Source: Octopus sinensis (Eukaryota). Taken from it: a DNA stretch of 38,282 bases. The stretch is from NCBI RefSeq assembly GCF_006345805.1, contig NW_021835804.1, positions 1 to 38,282 of the forward strand, read 5' to 3'. Each line of letters starts with the position of its first letter. The stretch's first letter is position 1. Both the position numbers and the translations under genes were made by a program. A model generated the notes under the pieces. That model was given only the letters and a program-made list of their open reading frames with translations, made no database searches and was not told the DNA's origin. This document shows positions 12,826-23,651 of this stretch, piece by piece.

Positions 12826-12993
12826 ATTGTTTTAGCCTTCGAATGACGCAGGCCAACAGAAGAAAGAGTGGAGAAAGAGTGGTGAAAGAGTACAGCAGGG
12901 ATCACCACCCCCTGCCGGAGCCTCGTGGAGCTTTTAGGTGTTTTCACTCAATAAACACACACAACATCCGGTCTGGGAATCGATTAAACCTCG
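12826..12993 (-). mobile_element. Truncated copy of the SINE at 13236-13540
   Basis: Nearly identical over ~130 bp apart from one internal deletion. Confidence 0.85.
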
Positions 12994-13201
12994 CCAAGTT
13001 AAATATTTAAACCACCTGAAGAATGACTGTAACTTGAAAATTTTAAGAATTGAACAGCCATGAAACGATCGTAGTGTTATATTAATTATCTTTTTTAATG
13101 ATTTTGATATATATTTAAAAAATACAAATTAATTAATCTTATGTATTGGCTTAAGTTTTTCATTGTATGATTTGCCTAATAGTGGTTTTATCTCTAATTT
13201 A

Positions 13202-13235
<34 letters not shown>

Positions 13236-13238
<3 letters not shown>

Positions 13239-13540
13239 TGTGACCACGTGACCGACCAGACCATCAGATGTTGTTACACATTGCTGGTCACAATGCGTTC
13301 GCATTGTTTTAGCCTTCGAATGACGCCACCCCTCTGGCTAAGCAAGCAGGCCAACAGAAGAAAGAGTGGAGAAAGAGTGGTGAAAGAGTACAGCAGGGAT
13401 CACCACCCCCTGCCGGAGCCTCGTGGAGCTTTTAGGTGTTTTCGCTCAATAAACACACGCAACGCCCGATCTGGGAATCGGAACCGCGATCCTGCAACCG
13501 CAGGTCCGCTGCCCTAACCACTAGGCCATTGCGCCTCCAC
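13236..13540 (-). mobile_element. Full-length tRNA-derived SINE inside a (TA)n tract
   Basis: Minus 5' end GTGGAGGCGCAATGGCCTAGTGGTTAGG (A box) and GGTTCCGATTCCC (B-box-like); TA repeats on both flanks. Confidence 0.88.
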
Positions 13541-13612
<72 letters not shown>

Positions 13613-13680
13613 AATATATATATAATATATATATATAAATATATATATATAAATATATATATAAATATATATATAAATAT

Positions 13681-13722
<42 letters not shown>

Positions 13723-13735
13723 ATATATACACACA
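13541..13735. repeat. (TA)n microsatellite
   Basis: Direct inspection. Confidence 0.95.
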
Positions 13736-13814
13736 CTCAAATGAATATGGTACTTAATTTAGATGCACCAGAATTTTGTATGGTGTTATCCATAAAAATC
13801 CGTGGGGTGATTAT

Positions 13815-14765
13815 AATCAAAATAAGCAACAAGAATGATTCCGGTAATTTGGTACGATCGTTTCGTACTACATCATTTTATTAAATGTTGTAAGTATTAC
13901 AACAGATTTAAGATGCTGAGTACTCATCAGCCAATTATAGAGGTTTTCCATTAATACAAAAATTTTCAAATCAAGTGGCAACATTATAGAGAAGGTAGAT
14001 ATATAGACAAAGATGTGGATTTAAATGTTAAGAACATATGAGGTAGTAGAGTCCCTCCACTGACTGACTAAGATTTGATTGTTCCAGACTGCTGTAAGGT
14101 TGTGAGAGGGAGAAGTAAGCAATAAAGATTTTCTAATTGTAGAAATGGGGCAAAGGGGGATTCAGAACTCCATAAAAGGAATTCATGTGGAAGACAACAA
14201 TTCTCACTACTAAATTTCAATTACTACTATTTGATGAGAGAACTAGGTCAATGTCAAGTGGTCACTATCACATTCACAGAGAGTGCAATTTGGAGAAAAA
14301 AAACTATCACTTATTACGAGTAGGCATAGTACTTTTTAACTGGAGGAAAGCCTTATTAATTTTAAAGCCAGTTTAATTTTAGAAAAAAGAATTCAATTTC
14401 AAGTTTGTAGTGAAGATTTTTTAGTCATCTATGAATGTGAAATTGAAAGCCAGTATGGTATATTCCTTCTTATTTGATTATAAAGAATTACAATTTGAAA
14501 AATATAGGAATACTCACAAAATTATTATTTAAAGTATTTAAACGTTCGGGTTGTACGATGTATACAAGATACTCCCAACTCCAAATGGTTATTCAACAGA
14601 TTTGTATTATTCTGATGTTTCAAAATTTCATAAGTTTCCATAGAACAAAGTTGACAACCATCCCTGCTATTTCTATAAGGTTGCACCCTTCTTACTATTT
14701 CCCATTTTAGGTTGAATTCTATATTATTTGTTTTTAGTTCCCAAATTTTGCTAGATAATGCAGAT
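13815..14765 (-). mobile_element. Penelope-like element 3' fragment (endonuclease C-terminus, 3' UTR, HHR)
   Basis: ORF 14525..14857 contains LSSKIWELK..KWEIVRRVQPYRNSRDGCQLCSMET..LLNNHLELGVSCIH, homologous to 1112..1852; the downstream DNA aligns with 1853-2676. Confidence 0.87.
13845..13937 (-). ncRNA. Type I hammerhead ribozyme, complete core
   Basis: Minus strand: UAAUUGG-CUGAUGA-GUAC[long hairpin]GUAC-GAAA-C-GAUC-GUA^CCAAAUUA; predicted cleavage between 13853 and 13852. Confidence 0.85.
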
Positions 14766-14789
14766 GGTGAACACACAGAACAACCGTTG

Positions 14790-15388
14790 GCTTGACATGT
14801 ACTAAAAGTGATAAAAATCAAACAGCCAATCAACATCATGATGTTTGGAGTGATCACTTAGTGATGGCAACATTATACCTTCATTCATCTTCCCACACAG
14901 CCTCACACTCAACATGGAGGCCTACATCAAGTGCCTGGAGGAGGCAGTGCTACCCTGGGTCAAGAGGATGGTTGCTGGAAGACCCTATATCTGGTAACAG
15001 GACTCTGCACTATGCCATACAAGCAGGAGAACCCAGTCATGGCTGTCAGACAACTTCTGCAACCACATTACCCCTAACATCTGGCTCCCTAACTCCCCAG
15101 ACTGCAACCCCCTTGATCACTATGTGTGGGACACAGTTGAGCGAGAGACCAACAAAATTCTTTGTAACACCACAGATGAACTGAAGACAAAGATTATGGC
15201 AGCATTGACTAACTTAAACGAGACCATCCAGAAGAGTTGAAGCCAATGGCGATTTTATTGAATAAATTTACTCTTTAGTATTTTAAGATATTTTTATGTA
15301 ATTTTGGTAAATATATCTGTTAAAATGAGATGTCAGTGTCATTTTCACTTCTGCATTATATAGATAACAATATATTCACCACACCCTG
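14790..15388 (+). mobile_element. Tc1/mariner DD37D (maT-type) transposase 3' fragment with probable right end
   Basis: Translates to IMMFGVI...PYIW*QDSALCH...IWLPNSPDCNPLDHYVW; 37 residues lie between the second and third Asp; ends CACCCTG followed by TA. Confidence 0.82.
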
Positions 15389-15734
15389 TATATATACTAG
15401 AAAGACAGAAAGATATCCATATAAAAGCCAACTATACTGTCTTCAAAGAGGAAGAATTAAGGATAGTAATTCTTCAACAATGGAACTGGTAACTACTAAT
15501 ATCCTCTATTAATGATATTCTGTAGCTAATACAAAGAAATAGTGGCAGCAGCAGCAAAAGTGGTATTAGTAACAAATATAGTAAAACAAATAATTATTGA
15601 TGTAAATTTGAAAAGTGGAAATTTTGATTTTTTTTCAGTAATTAAATAAGTAGATAGAAATAAAAATATATAAATAATGTGACAGACAAAAGACAGTAAA
15701 TAATAATAAAAATAATGATATTCCTATCTACAAA

Positions 15735-15910
15735 AGGCGCCAAGCTTGAAATTTATTGGGAGAGGGTTAGTTGATTACATCAACTCCAGTGCATAACTGG
15801 TATTTATTTCACTGACCTCAAAAGGATGAAAGGCAAAGTCATCTTCATAGAATTTGAACTCAGAAGATAAAGACAGATGAAATGCCATTAAGCATTTTGT
15901 CTGACATGCT
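15735..15910 (-). mobile_element. SINE, same family as 16864-17230 and 19380-19590
   Basis: Reverse complement shares TGAGTTCAAATTC..TTTGCCTTTCATCC..AAATAAATACCAG with those copies. Confidence 0.7.
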
Positions 15911-16099
15911 AAAAAAAAGGTAATAATAATAACAAAGAAAAGAAGAAAAATCTGATGAGGAGAAAAGAAAAGAAAGGAATTGATGATGAAGAAGAAAAGA
16001 GGTAAGGAGAACAGAGAGGTACAGAGAGATAATAATAAATAATTGAAATAGCCCAGCTTCAGATCAAATCATTTGCCAGATTATAAATGAGAGAGTATG

Positions 16100-16560
16100 C
16101 ATATTATAAGAGTGTGTGTGTATGTGTGAAACAGTACAGGCCATGTACAGGAATGCTGATAGTAAGGTAAGAGTTAGCCATGGGTACAGTTATGAATTTA
16201 GTGTACAGGCAGGTGTTTGCCAGGGCTCAATCCTCAGCCCCCTCCTATTCATCATTGTCTTCCGGACCATAACAGAGGAGTTTAGGACTGGAAGCCCATG
16301 AGAACTACTAAGTGCTGATGATCTTGTCCTCATAGCAGAATCTGTAACAGAATTAGAAAAGAAATTCTCAGTGTAGAAAAAAACCTAGAATCAAAGGGCT
16401 TTAAAGTAAATGTAACTAAGACCAAGGTCCTAGTAAGCAAAAGATTGGAAAGGACCCTTCACCCTTCAGTAAATGGCCCTGCTCAATATGTAAGAAGGAT
16501 GTAAGCAAAATTCCATTTGGTGTACAAAGAGTGCAGTAGAGAGGTTAACACAGGAAATTG
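16100..16560 (+). mobile_element. RTE-clade reverse transcriptase fragment
   Basis: VQAMYRNADSKVRV..GV.QGSILSPLLFIIV..ELL.ADDLVLIAES. Confidence 0.85.
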
Positions 16561-16863
16561 TATGTATAAGCAAGAACTTGTCTGATCAAAGCTATGTACA
16601 TTTTACATTTTTTTCATTATAACACGAACAGCAATAACTGATGTGAGCTAACAAGAGAGAGGATGAAAGGTATAGGAAAGAGGTAACACAAGAGCAGAGA
16701 GATTAAACACTACAATGAAGACAAAACTGCAGCAGAGAAACAGTGGAAACATGAAAGAAAACAGTATTTACAAAAAATGAGAGAAAAAGCTCAACAACCA
16801 AGAAATTCTTATGGCCTCATTTACTTATTTCATCATCATCAGTTGTAGTAATAGTAGTATTTG

Positions 16864-17230
16864 TAAGGTGGTGAGCTAGCAGAATTGTTAGCATACTGGA
16901 CAAAATGTTTAGAGACATTTCTTCCAACTCCTTACATTCTGAGTTCAAATTCCACTGAGGTCAACTTTTTCATCCTTTTGTGGTCAATAAAATAAGTACC
17001 ACTTGAATTCTGGGGTTGGTGTAATCGGCTTATACCCAATCCCCAAACTGCAGGCTTTGTGCCAAAATTTGAAATCCTTATTATTATTGTTATTCTGCTG
17101 AGGTCAACTTTACCTTTCTTCCTCTTGGGATCAATAAAATAAGTACCAGTTGAGCACTGGGGTCAATATAATCAACTTATCCCCAATCCCCAAATTGCTG
17201 GCCTTGTGCCAAAATTTGAAATCATTATTA
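16864..17230 (+). mobile_element. Two tandem SINE copies (second one partial)
   Basis: Repeated body GAGGTCAACTTT..AATAAAATAAGTACC..GTGCCAAAATTTGAAATC with (TTA)n tails. Confidence 0.8.
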
Positions 17231-17231
17231 C

Positions 17232-18342
17232 TATTACCTCCACCTTCGCAAAAGCAGAGGTATTGTTTTCAGTTGAGTTTGTTTGTCCATGGACAAGATA
17301 TCTCAAGAACTTCTAGATAGATTCAGATGAAACTTTCAGTGATGTTTGGCCTTGTGACTGGCATGAACTGATTAGATTTTGGGATCGATCCAGAACTGGA
17401 CAAGGATTCTGGATTATTTGTTATATTTACTTTACATGAAGTATTACAATATTATGTTCTTTGATTATCTCCCTTGAAAGCACACTCATGGTTTCCATGT
17501 AAGTTATAGCAGTGTTGCTGTTTCCAAAGTTTTATTTTCGTTTCTTTATTATTAATTTTACTTGCATCTCTATCTTAGTAGAAACTGATAGATAAAGAAA
17601 TCAAACTGCATAAACAAACAGCAGCAAAACCATTCAGAAATTAAATAACACTAACATATTCAGTAATAATGATAAATTTAATTTATCCTTGACAACTTTT
17701 AGTTTTATCAATTTTGAATATATCACTCCTGTTTAAAACCTACTTGACATTTCTAGCTCTAACTTCAAGGTAGCTTTACTTCTTGGACTCAAGTTTTTGA
17801 GTGCAACAATGTTGTTAAACCTCCATCAACAGCTCCGTATGCAGGTCTTTTCCATTTTCTTTCACGCATGGATAAATTTTTCACTATAGATTTTAATGGT
17901 CGTAGAGACATATCAGTGGATAGACTAAAAATGGATTCACGTATTTGTGTGCAATGATGTTGTTAAATCTTCATTAACAGCACCGTATGCAGGTCCTTTC
18001 CATTTTCTTTCACACAGATAAATTTTTCACTATAGACCTTAATGGTCATAAAGACACTATATCAGTGGATAGACTAAAAAAGGCCTTCATAGAGAAAACT
18101 GTCTCTATTCCCACTACAGACGACACACACACGAGCATTACAAACACGGCCCGCACACCCACCTTCACATTCCATGACTACCATTTGCATTGGTCAGGTA
18201 CCGGACAAGGATTCAGGATTGTTTTTCCAGTTTTTTACCTTAATTTCTGAGAGCAGTTGGGTTCATTTTTAGTTTCTCGCTTGTGAGAGCAGTCGAGTTT
18301 AGTCTTGCCTTGGCAGAGGTCTGCACTCTCTGAGTGCTGTTG
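17232..18342 (+). mobile_element. Helentron/HINE-like element interrupted by an ~800-bp insert
   Basis: 5' TTACCTCCACC..AGAGG and 3' TTGGCAGAGGTCTGCACTCTCTGAGTGCT; GGACAAGGATTC repeated near 17398 and 18204. Confidence 0.5.
17815..18110 (+). pseudogene. Two tandem Gypsy integrase C-terminal fragments
   Basis: [32 protein letters not shown] (frameshifted), homologous to [21 protein letters not shown] at ~25570-25685. Confidence 0.75.
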
Positions 18343-18375
18343 TTATTATTATCATTATTATGATTATGATTACTA

Positions 18376-19372
18376 AGGCAGCAAGCTGGCAGAACTGTTA
18401 GCACACTGGACAAAATGTTTAGCAGCATTTCATCCACCTTTACATTCATCATCATCATCATCATCATCCAGTGTTTTAAATTTGGGCTTTGCCCCCACTA
18501 ATGGGGGTGGCCAGATCTATCTCAATGCCACTGTAACTGCCCTCACACCATCTCACCATGTTTTGGGCGTCCTTCCTTCTCAAGCCAACCTTCCCAATCT
18601 CCTCCTCCATCTGTCCCCTTGTTTTTCTCAGTCCATTTACCTCAAATTCAAGCACCCTGCCCAGAATATGCTTCTTAATCCTCCTCAACACATACCCATA
18701 CCACCGCACTCCATTCGTCCTTACAAGCCATTCCACTGATTCCTCCAACCCCAGCATCCCCATCAAGTCCTCAGTCCTCTTCTTATCAAACAGTTTCACT
18801 CCATACATTTCTCTCACCATTGCTCTCTCAGTCCTTCTCAAAATTGACATCTCTCTCTCCCTCCGAGACTATGTCTCACTCTCATACAGCATTGCAGCTC
18901 TCACGCAATTCCTACAGACCCTTCCTTTCATCTTCAATGAGAACCTTTTCCCATATAACAATGCTCCACATTCCCTGAACTTCACCCAGTCAAGTCTTGC
19001 TCTTGCTGTCACAGCTGCTTCACATCCACCCTATCTCCCAAATAACAAAATCCTCTCACCGTTTCCACCTTTGTTACATAACATTTCCACTGGTTCTGCC
19101 AGCCCTCCAGCTCCATTCTCACATCTTCTACAAACAAACTTTCTTGCCAGTATTGGGGTCACCTTCACCATTTTCGTACATCTACAATGAGTCCATTTCT
19201 CACATTGTGAGTTCAAATTCTGTCAAGGTGAACTTTGCCTTTCATTGTTTCTTTTTTTTTGTGGGGGTGGGGGTGGGGTCAATAAAATAAGTACCACTCA
19301 CGTACTAGGGTGATGTAATCAACTTTCCCTTCCCATGAAAAGCTGCTGGCCATGTGCCAAAATTTGAAATCA
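18376..19372 (+). mobile_element. SINE split by an RTE insertion (5' half 18376-18446, 3' half ~19202-19372)
   Basis: The two halves join into one copy matching 19380-19590. Confidence 0.75.
18447..19201 (-). mobile_element. 5'-truncated RTE-clade LINE with (ATG)n tail
   Basis: ILRRTERAMVR.M.GVKL..NGVRWYG.VLRR; ACATT on both sides (18442-46, 19202-06) is a candidate TSD. Confidence 0.85.
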
Positions 19373-19379
19373 TTGTCAT

Positions 19380-19590
19380 TGAGAGCTGACAGAATTGTTA
19401 GAACACTGGACAAAATGCTTAGCGGCATTTCGTCTGTCTTCACGTGTTGAATTCAAATTCTGCCAAAGTCAACTTTACCTTTCATCTTTTTCAGGTTGAT
19501 AAAATAAGTACTTGTTAAACACTGTGGTCAATGTAATCGACTCACCCTCTCCCCCAAAATTGCTGCCCTTGTGGTAAAATTTGAAACCAT
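19380..19590 (+). mobile_element. SINE
   Basis: Same family as 16864-17230; (TTA)n tail. Confidence 0.8.
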
Positions 19591-19693
19591 TATTATTTAT
19601 TATTATAAACATTGTTCATTGTCCTGGGCAAAAATATTTGACACTACAGCTTAAAATGGATGCATGAAAAATAAGTAAGTAAATAAAACTCAC

Positions 19694-19749
19694 CAAACAT
19701 TCTTTTCACTGCCATAGTATTTCTTGGCCAATGAAAGTTTAGTTGACAT
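19694..19749 (-). CDS. KYAT: Kynurenine aminotransferase exon (MSTKLSLAKKYYGSEKNV + TG)
   Basis: TACAG acceptor followed by AAAA-ATG; GTGAGT donor; phase 2 joins the 8992-9043 exon to give NVWVE. Confidence 0.88.
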
Positions 19750-20827
19750 TTTTCTGTATGATATTCCTTAAAAGGAAAATAATTGTATTAAACATAGAGA
19801 TAAAAAACACCATTATTTTAGAAAAATACATTTCATATACAAATACATTTCATTAGTTTTCACTGTTGTTGTAGCTTAATTTTAGCTAAAATTTTGATAA
19901 ATGATCTAAGGCGTTTTGAAGCTGTTTCAATACAGCAGAATGCACTTAGAACTTCCAAATCAACAAGATGGCAATAAGACAAGTAGTATCTCTGGTAAAC
20001 TGACAGTTGCAAATATTCATTCAACACTTTCTATACCATAGCTCAGCTCTGATAGAATTCACTGAAGCTACAGAATATCTTAATTTGGTTTCAAATTATC
20101 TTTAAACTAGCTCTTTGCCTAAAATACAAGCCATTAGAAAACAGTAAACAAGTATATTTAAAAAGTGGAATAATCCTTTTTAAAACAATAACTTTGGTAA
20201 AAGAAACTGATTTTTATAGTTCACTACATTCCTTGAGTAGAAATATGATCCTGAAACCTAGTTTGATTTCACACAGAAGCCATTTCATTTCACTTCAAAC
20301 CCTTTCTGGAATGTATGAACAGTACAAATCTATATTCCCATGCACCCCTCACAAAAGTAAAAGAAAACTGAAACAATGTGAAAAACATTTCAATTGATAG
20401 AAAACTCACTTGTCTTGAAATTCTTCAAAATTTCAATGAAAATATTTAAAATTTAATAACTGCTTAACTTTGATACATCTTTTAGAAACAACAATAAAAA
20501 ATATAGCTGAATTTGTTATCTGTCTACAGAAGTTCACTTCAAATCTTTGACCACTTTTGATTTTGATATTTTTCATTAGCCAGATTTTATGAGAATACCT
20601 ATAATTACTCTTTATAAATTGAGGATTTTTTTTTTGTTAATTTATAATAATTCTTTGTTAATTATTACAGGTCATAGTAGCTATTAACTAAAATTCAGCT
20701 GCCTAGTGTCTAATTAAGAATATAATTTAAATTAATTTTTGTAAATCAACTGCAGCGTGGAAGGTGTTTATAAGCCATTTAAGAAACACACAAAAACCAT
20801 TAGATTCACTTCAACATTTAAATTTAA

Positions 20828-20878
20828 TTTGTCAAAATATTTTCGTTGCTTTGAGACCGTGACCTGTTCACTGACAAA
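20828..20878 (-). ncRNA. Hammerhead-like motif with G3-C8 swapped core (left arm)
   Basis: UUUGUCA-GUGAACA-G-GUCAC..GCAAC-GAAA-AUAU-UU^UGACAAA; 7-bp stem I, decayed stem II. Confidence 0.55.
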
Positions 20879-20900
20879 ATTCCATGCTGCATCACGGAAT

Positions 20901-20951
20901 TTTATCAGTGAACAGGTCGTGGTCTCAAAGCAACGAAAATATTTTAGCAAG
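20901..20951 (+). ncRNA. Hammerhead-like motif with G3-C8 swapped core (right arm, more decayed)
   Basis: UUUAUCA-GUGAACA-G-GUCGU..GCAAC-GAAA-AUAU-UU^UAGCAAG; stem I disrupted. Confidence 0.4.
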
Positions 20952-20971
20952 TTAAATTTTTAATGTTGAAG

Positions 20972-22124
20972 GTGACCAAATCAGTGTAGCAGCTAGAATA
21001 AGAATAGCCTGGGCAAAGTTCATAGAGCTCTAACCTCTGCTGGTGACAAAGGGCCTCTCGCTCAGAGTAAAAGGTAGACTGTATGATGCATGTGTACAAA
21101 CAGCCATGCTACACGGCAGAGAAACATGGGCTGTGATTGTTGAGGATATGCATAAGCTCACAAGGAATGAAGCCAGTATGATCCGATGGATGTGTAATGT
21201 CAGTGTGCATACTCAATAGAGTGTAAGTACCTTGAGAGAAAAGTTGGACCTAAGAAGCATTAGATGTGGTGTGCAAGAGAGACGACTGCGTTGGTATGGT
21301 CATGTGGTGAGAATGGATGAGGATAGCTGTGTAAAAAAGTGCCACACCCTAGCCGTTGAGGGGAACCTGTGGAAAAGGTAGACCCAGGAAGACCTGGGAT
21401 GAAGTGGTGAAGCACGACCTTCAAACATTAGGCCTCACCAAGGAAATGACTAGCGACTGAGACCTTTGGAAATATGCTGTGCTCGAGAAGACCCGGCAAG
21501 CCAGATGAAACCATAACCCGTGGCCTATGCCAGGAGCATAACCAGCCCGCTTATGCGTAGCTTTTCCTTCTTTGGTTACTAAACTTTGCTTGCAAAGACC
21601 TGTTATGGCAAGTGAAATCAAAATCATTTCGATGACTGGCATCCGTATTAGTGGGGTGCAAAGAGCACCATATGAGTGTGATCGTTGACAGAGCAGCTAT
21701 TCGAGTATGATCGTTACCAGCGTCGCTTTACTGGCACTTATACCTGTGCGAGTAGGGTGCCAAGAACACCATCCGAGCGTGATCGTTGCCAGAACAGCCA
21801 ACTGGCTTCCATACACATGGCACGTAAAAGGGCACCATTCAAGCGTGATTGTTACCAATGTCGCTTCACTGGCACCTGTGTCGGTGGCACGTGTAAAAAG
21901 ATTTGAGCGAGGTCATTGCCAGTACCGCCTGACTGGCCCCCGTGCATGTGGCACATAAAAAGCACCCACTACACTCTCAGAGTGGTTGGCGGTAGGAAGG
22001 GCATCCAGCTGTAGAAACTCTGCCAGATCAAGACTGGAGCCTGGTGCAGCCATTTGGTTGCCAGCCCTCAGTCAAAACCGTCCAACCCATGCTAGCATGG
22101 AAAACAGATGTTAAACGATGATGA
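20972..22124 (+). mobile_element. 5'-truncated RTE-clade LINE with repeat-containing 3' UTR and (GAT)n tail
   Basis: AARIRIAWAKF..KGRLYDACV..RRLRWYGHVVRMDEDSCVKKC..RPRKTWDEVVKHDL; TGAAG at 20967-71 and 22125-29 is a candidate TSD. Confidence 0.9.
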
Positions 22125-22316
22125 TGAAGTGAATCTAACGGTTTTTGTGAGTTTTTTAAATGGCTTATAAACACCTTCCATGCTGCAATTGTTTTCGTTC
22201 CAGCACATGATCTCAGATCAGGTCACTTGCTATGCAAGTACATTTCCATAATTTTTGTAAATCATTTTGCATAAAAACTAAATATTCAAGATATCAGAAT
22301 ATATCTTCTATTTTAA

Positions 22317-22527
22317 CTCTTTAGCATTCAGATTACTCAATCAAATATAAGATTTATTTATTCACAATGTTTTGAATAAATCATACCTTATCTTGTAGCT
22401 TTGAGATTTTGATGATTATTTTCAGAATAACATACTGGGGTAGGTGTAAGTGACTGAATCTGGTCGTTTGAACAAAAAACAAGAGTGAATATTTAGGCTG
22501 GATATAACCAGTTTAAATGCTAAAGGG
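22317..22527. mobile_element. piggyBac-type MITE
   Basis: TIRs CTCTTTAGCATT / AATGCTAAAGGG flanked by TTAA and TCAA. Confidence 0.8.
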
Positions 22528-22799
22528 TCAAGAGATATATAAGGAATGGTCTTTGGGATATGTCATTTAGATGTTGACAAAACAGTTCCAATATAGAAAT
22601 TATATACCATTTATAAATGAAATCAAAGTCTATGGAATATGGAAGGGATATAGTAGATTTAAATAACCCTGATACTTAACAGATACTCTTTTACTGACTG
22701 AATGTGATTTGAACTCAGAAAATAAAGACATATAACAAAATACCAATATATAACTATATGTAATATATATATATATATAATATATATTATTTATATATA

Positions 22800-23494
22800 A
22801 TCCGATCGTGGCCGTTCGCCAGCCTCATCTGGCACCTATGTCGGTGGCACATAAAAACACCATCCGAAGACCCGGCAAGACTAGTCAGGCCATAACCCGT
22901 GGCCCTTACCTGGGACGTAGTCAGTCCACCTGTGCTTACCTTCCTTCTTGTGACACTTGTGAAGACCTGTTGAGGCAAGTGAAAATCAAATCAAAATCAA
23001 ATCAAATCAAAATAGATGAACATCAATGGAATTTGTATCTTTGTGGTACCAGTGCCGGTGGCACGTGGCACACAAGAAAACCATCCGAACGTGGCCGTAG
23101 CCAGTACTGCATCGACTGGCCTCCGTGCTGTGGGCACGTAACAAACACCATCCGATCGTGGCCGTTTGCCAGCCTCATCTGGCACCTGTGTCGGTGGCAC
23201 ATAAAAACACCATCCGAGCGTGGCCGTCTGCCAGCCTCGTCTGGCACCTGTGTCGGTGGCACATAAAAAAACACCATCCAAGCATGGCCGTTTGCCAGCC
23301 TCGTCTGGCACCTGTGTCGGTGGCACATAAAATCACCCACTTCACTCTCGGAGTGGTTGGCGTTAGGAAGGGCATCCAGCTGTAGAAACACTGCCAGATC
23401 TGACTGGACTGGTGCAGCTTTCGGGCTCCCCAGACCCCAGTTGAACCGTCCAACCCATGCTAGCATGGAAAGCGGACGTTAAATGATGATGATG
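22800..23494 (+). mobile_element. RTE 3' UTR fragment with ~62-bp tandem units and (GAT)n tail
   Basis: Unit CATCCGAGCGTGGCCGTTTGCCAGCCTCGTCTGGCACCTGTGTCGGTGGCACATAAAAACAC; terminal ~150 bp match 21965-22124. Confidence 0.85.
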
Positions 23495-23651
23495 AATACT
23501 AGCAGCTACCCAGCCTTCACACCAGTCTGGACTGTACTCAAATGTATTGATAAGGCATCTATTGTAATGCTCATGTGTCTGATCACAATTAAAGGCTGCT
23601 AGTCGCTACTCTTCACAAGGTCTAAATTCCAACCTGATTAATTATTGCTCT

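Larger units (their letters stand above)
20747..22191. repeat. Fold-back palindrome (centre 20884-20895) with an RTE inserted in the right arm
   Basis: 20747-20883 is the reverse complement of 20896-20967 plus 22126-22191. Confidence 0.88.

Noticed and set aside
13470-13540. tRNA-like A and B boxes as a tRNA gene
   Set aside because: Continuous with a SINE body that is duplicated at 12826-12993; no complete cloverleaf.
20757-20963. Paired plus and minus ORFs
   Set aside because: A by-product of the palindrome.
22787-23466. ~62-bp repeats and overlapping ORFs resembling a CRISPR array or repeat protein
   Set aside because: No unique spacers and no cas genes; the units belong to an RTE 3' UTR ending in (GAT)n.
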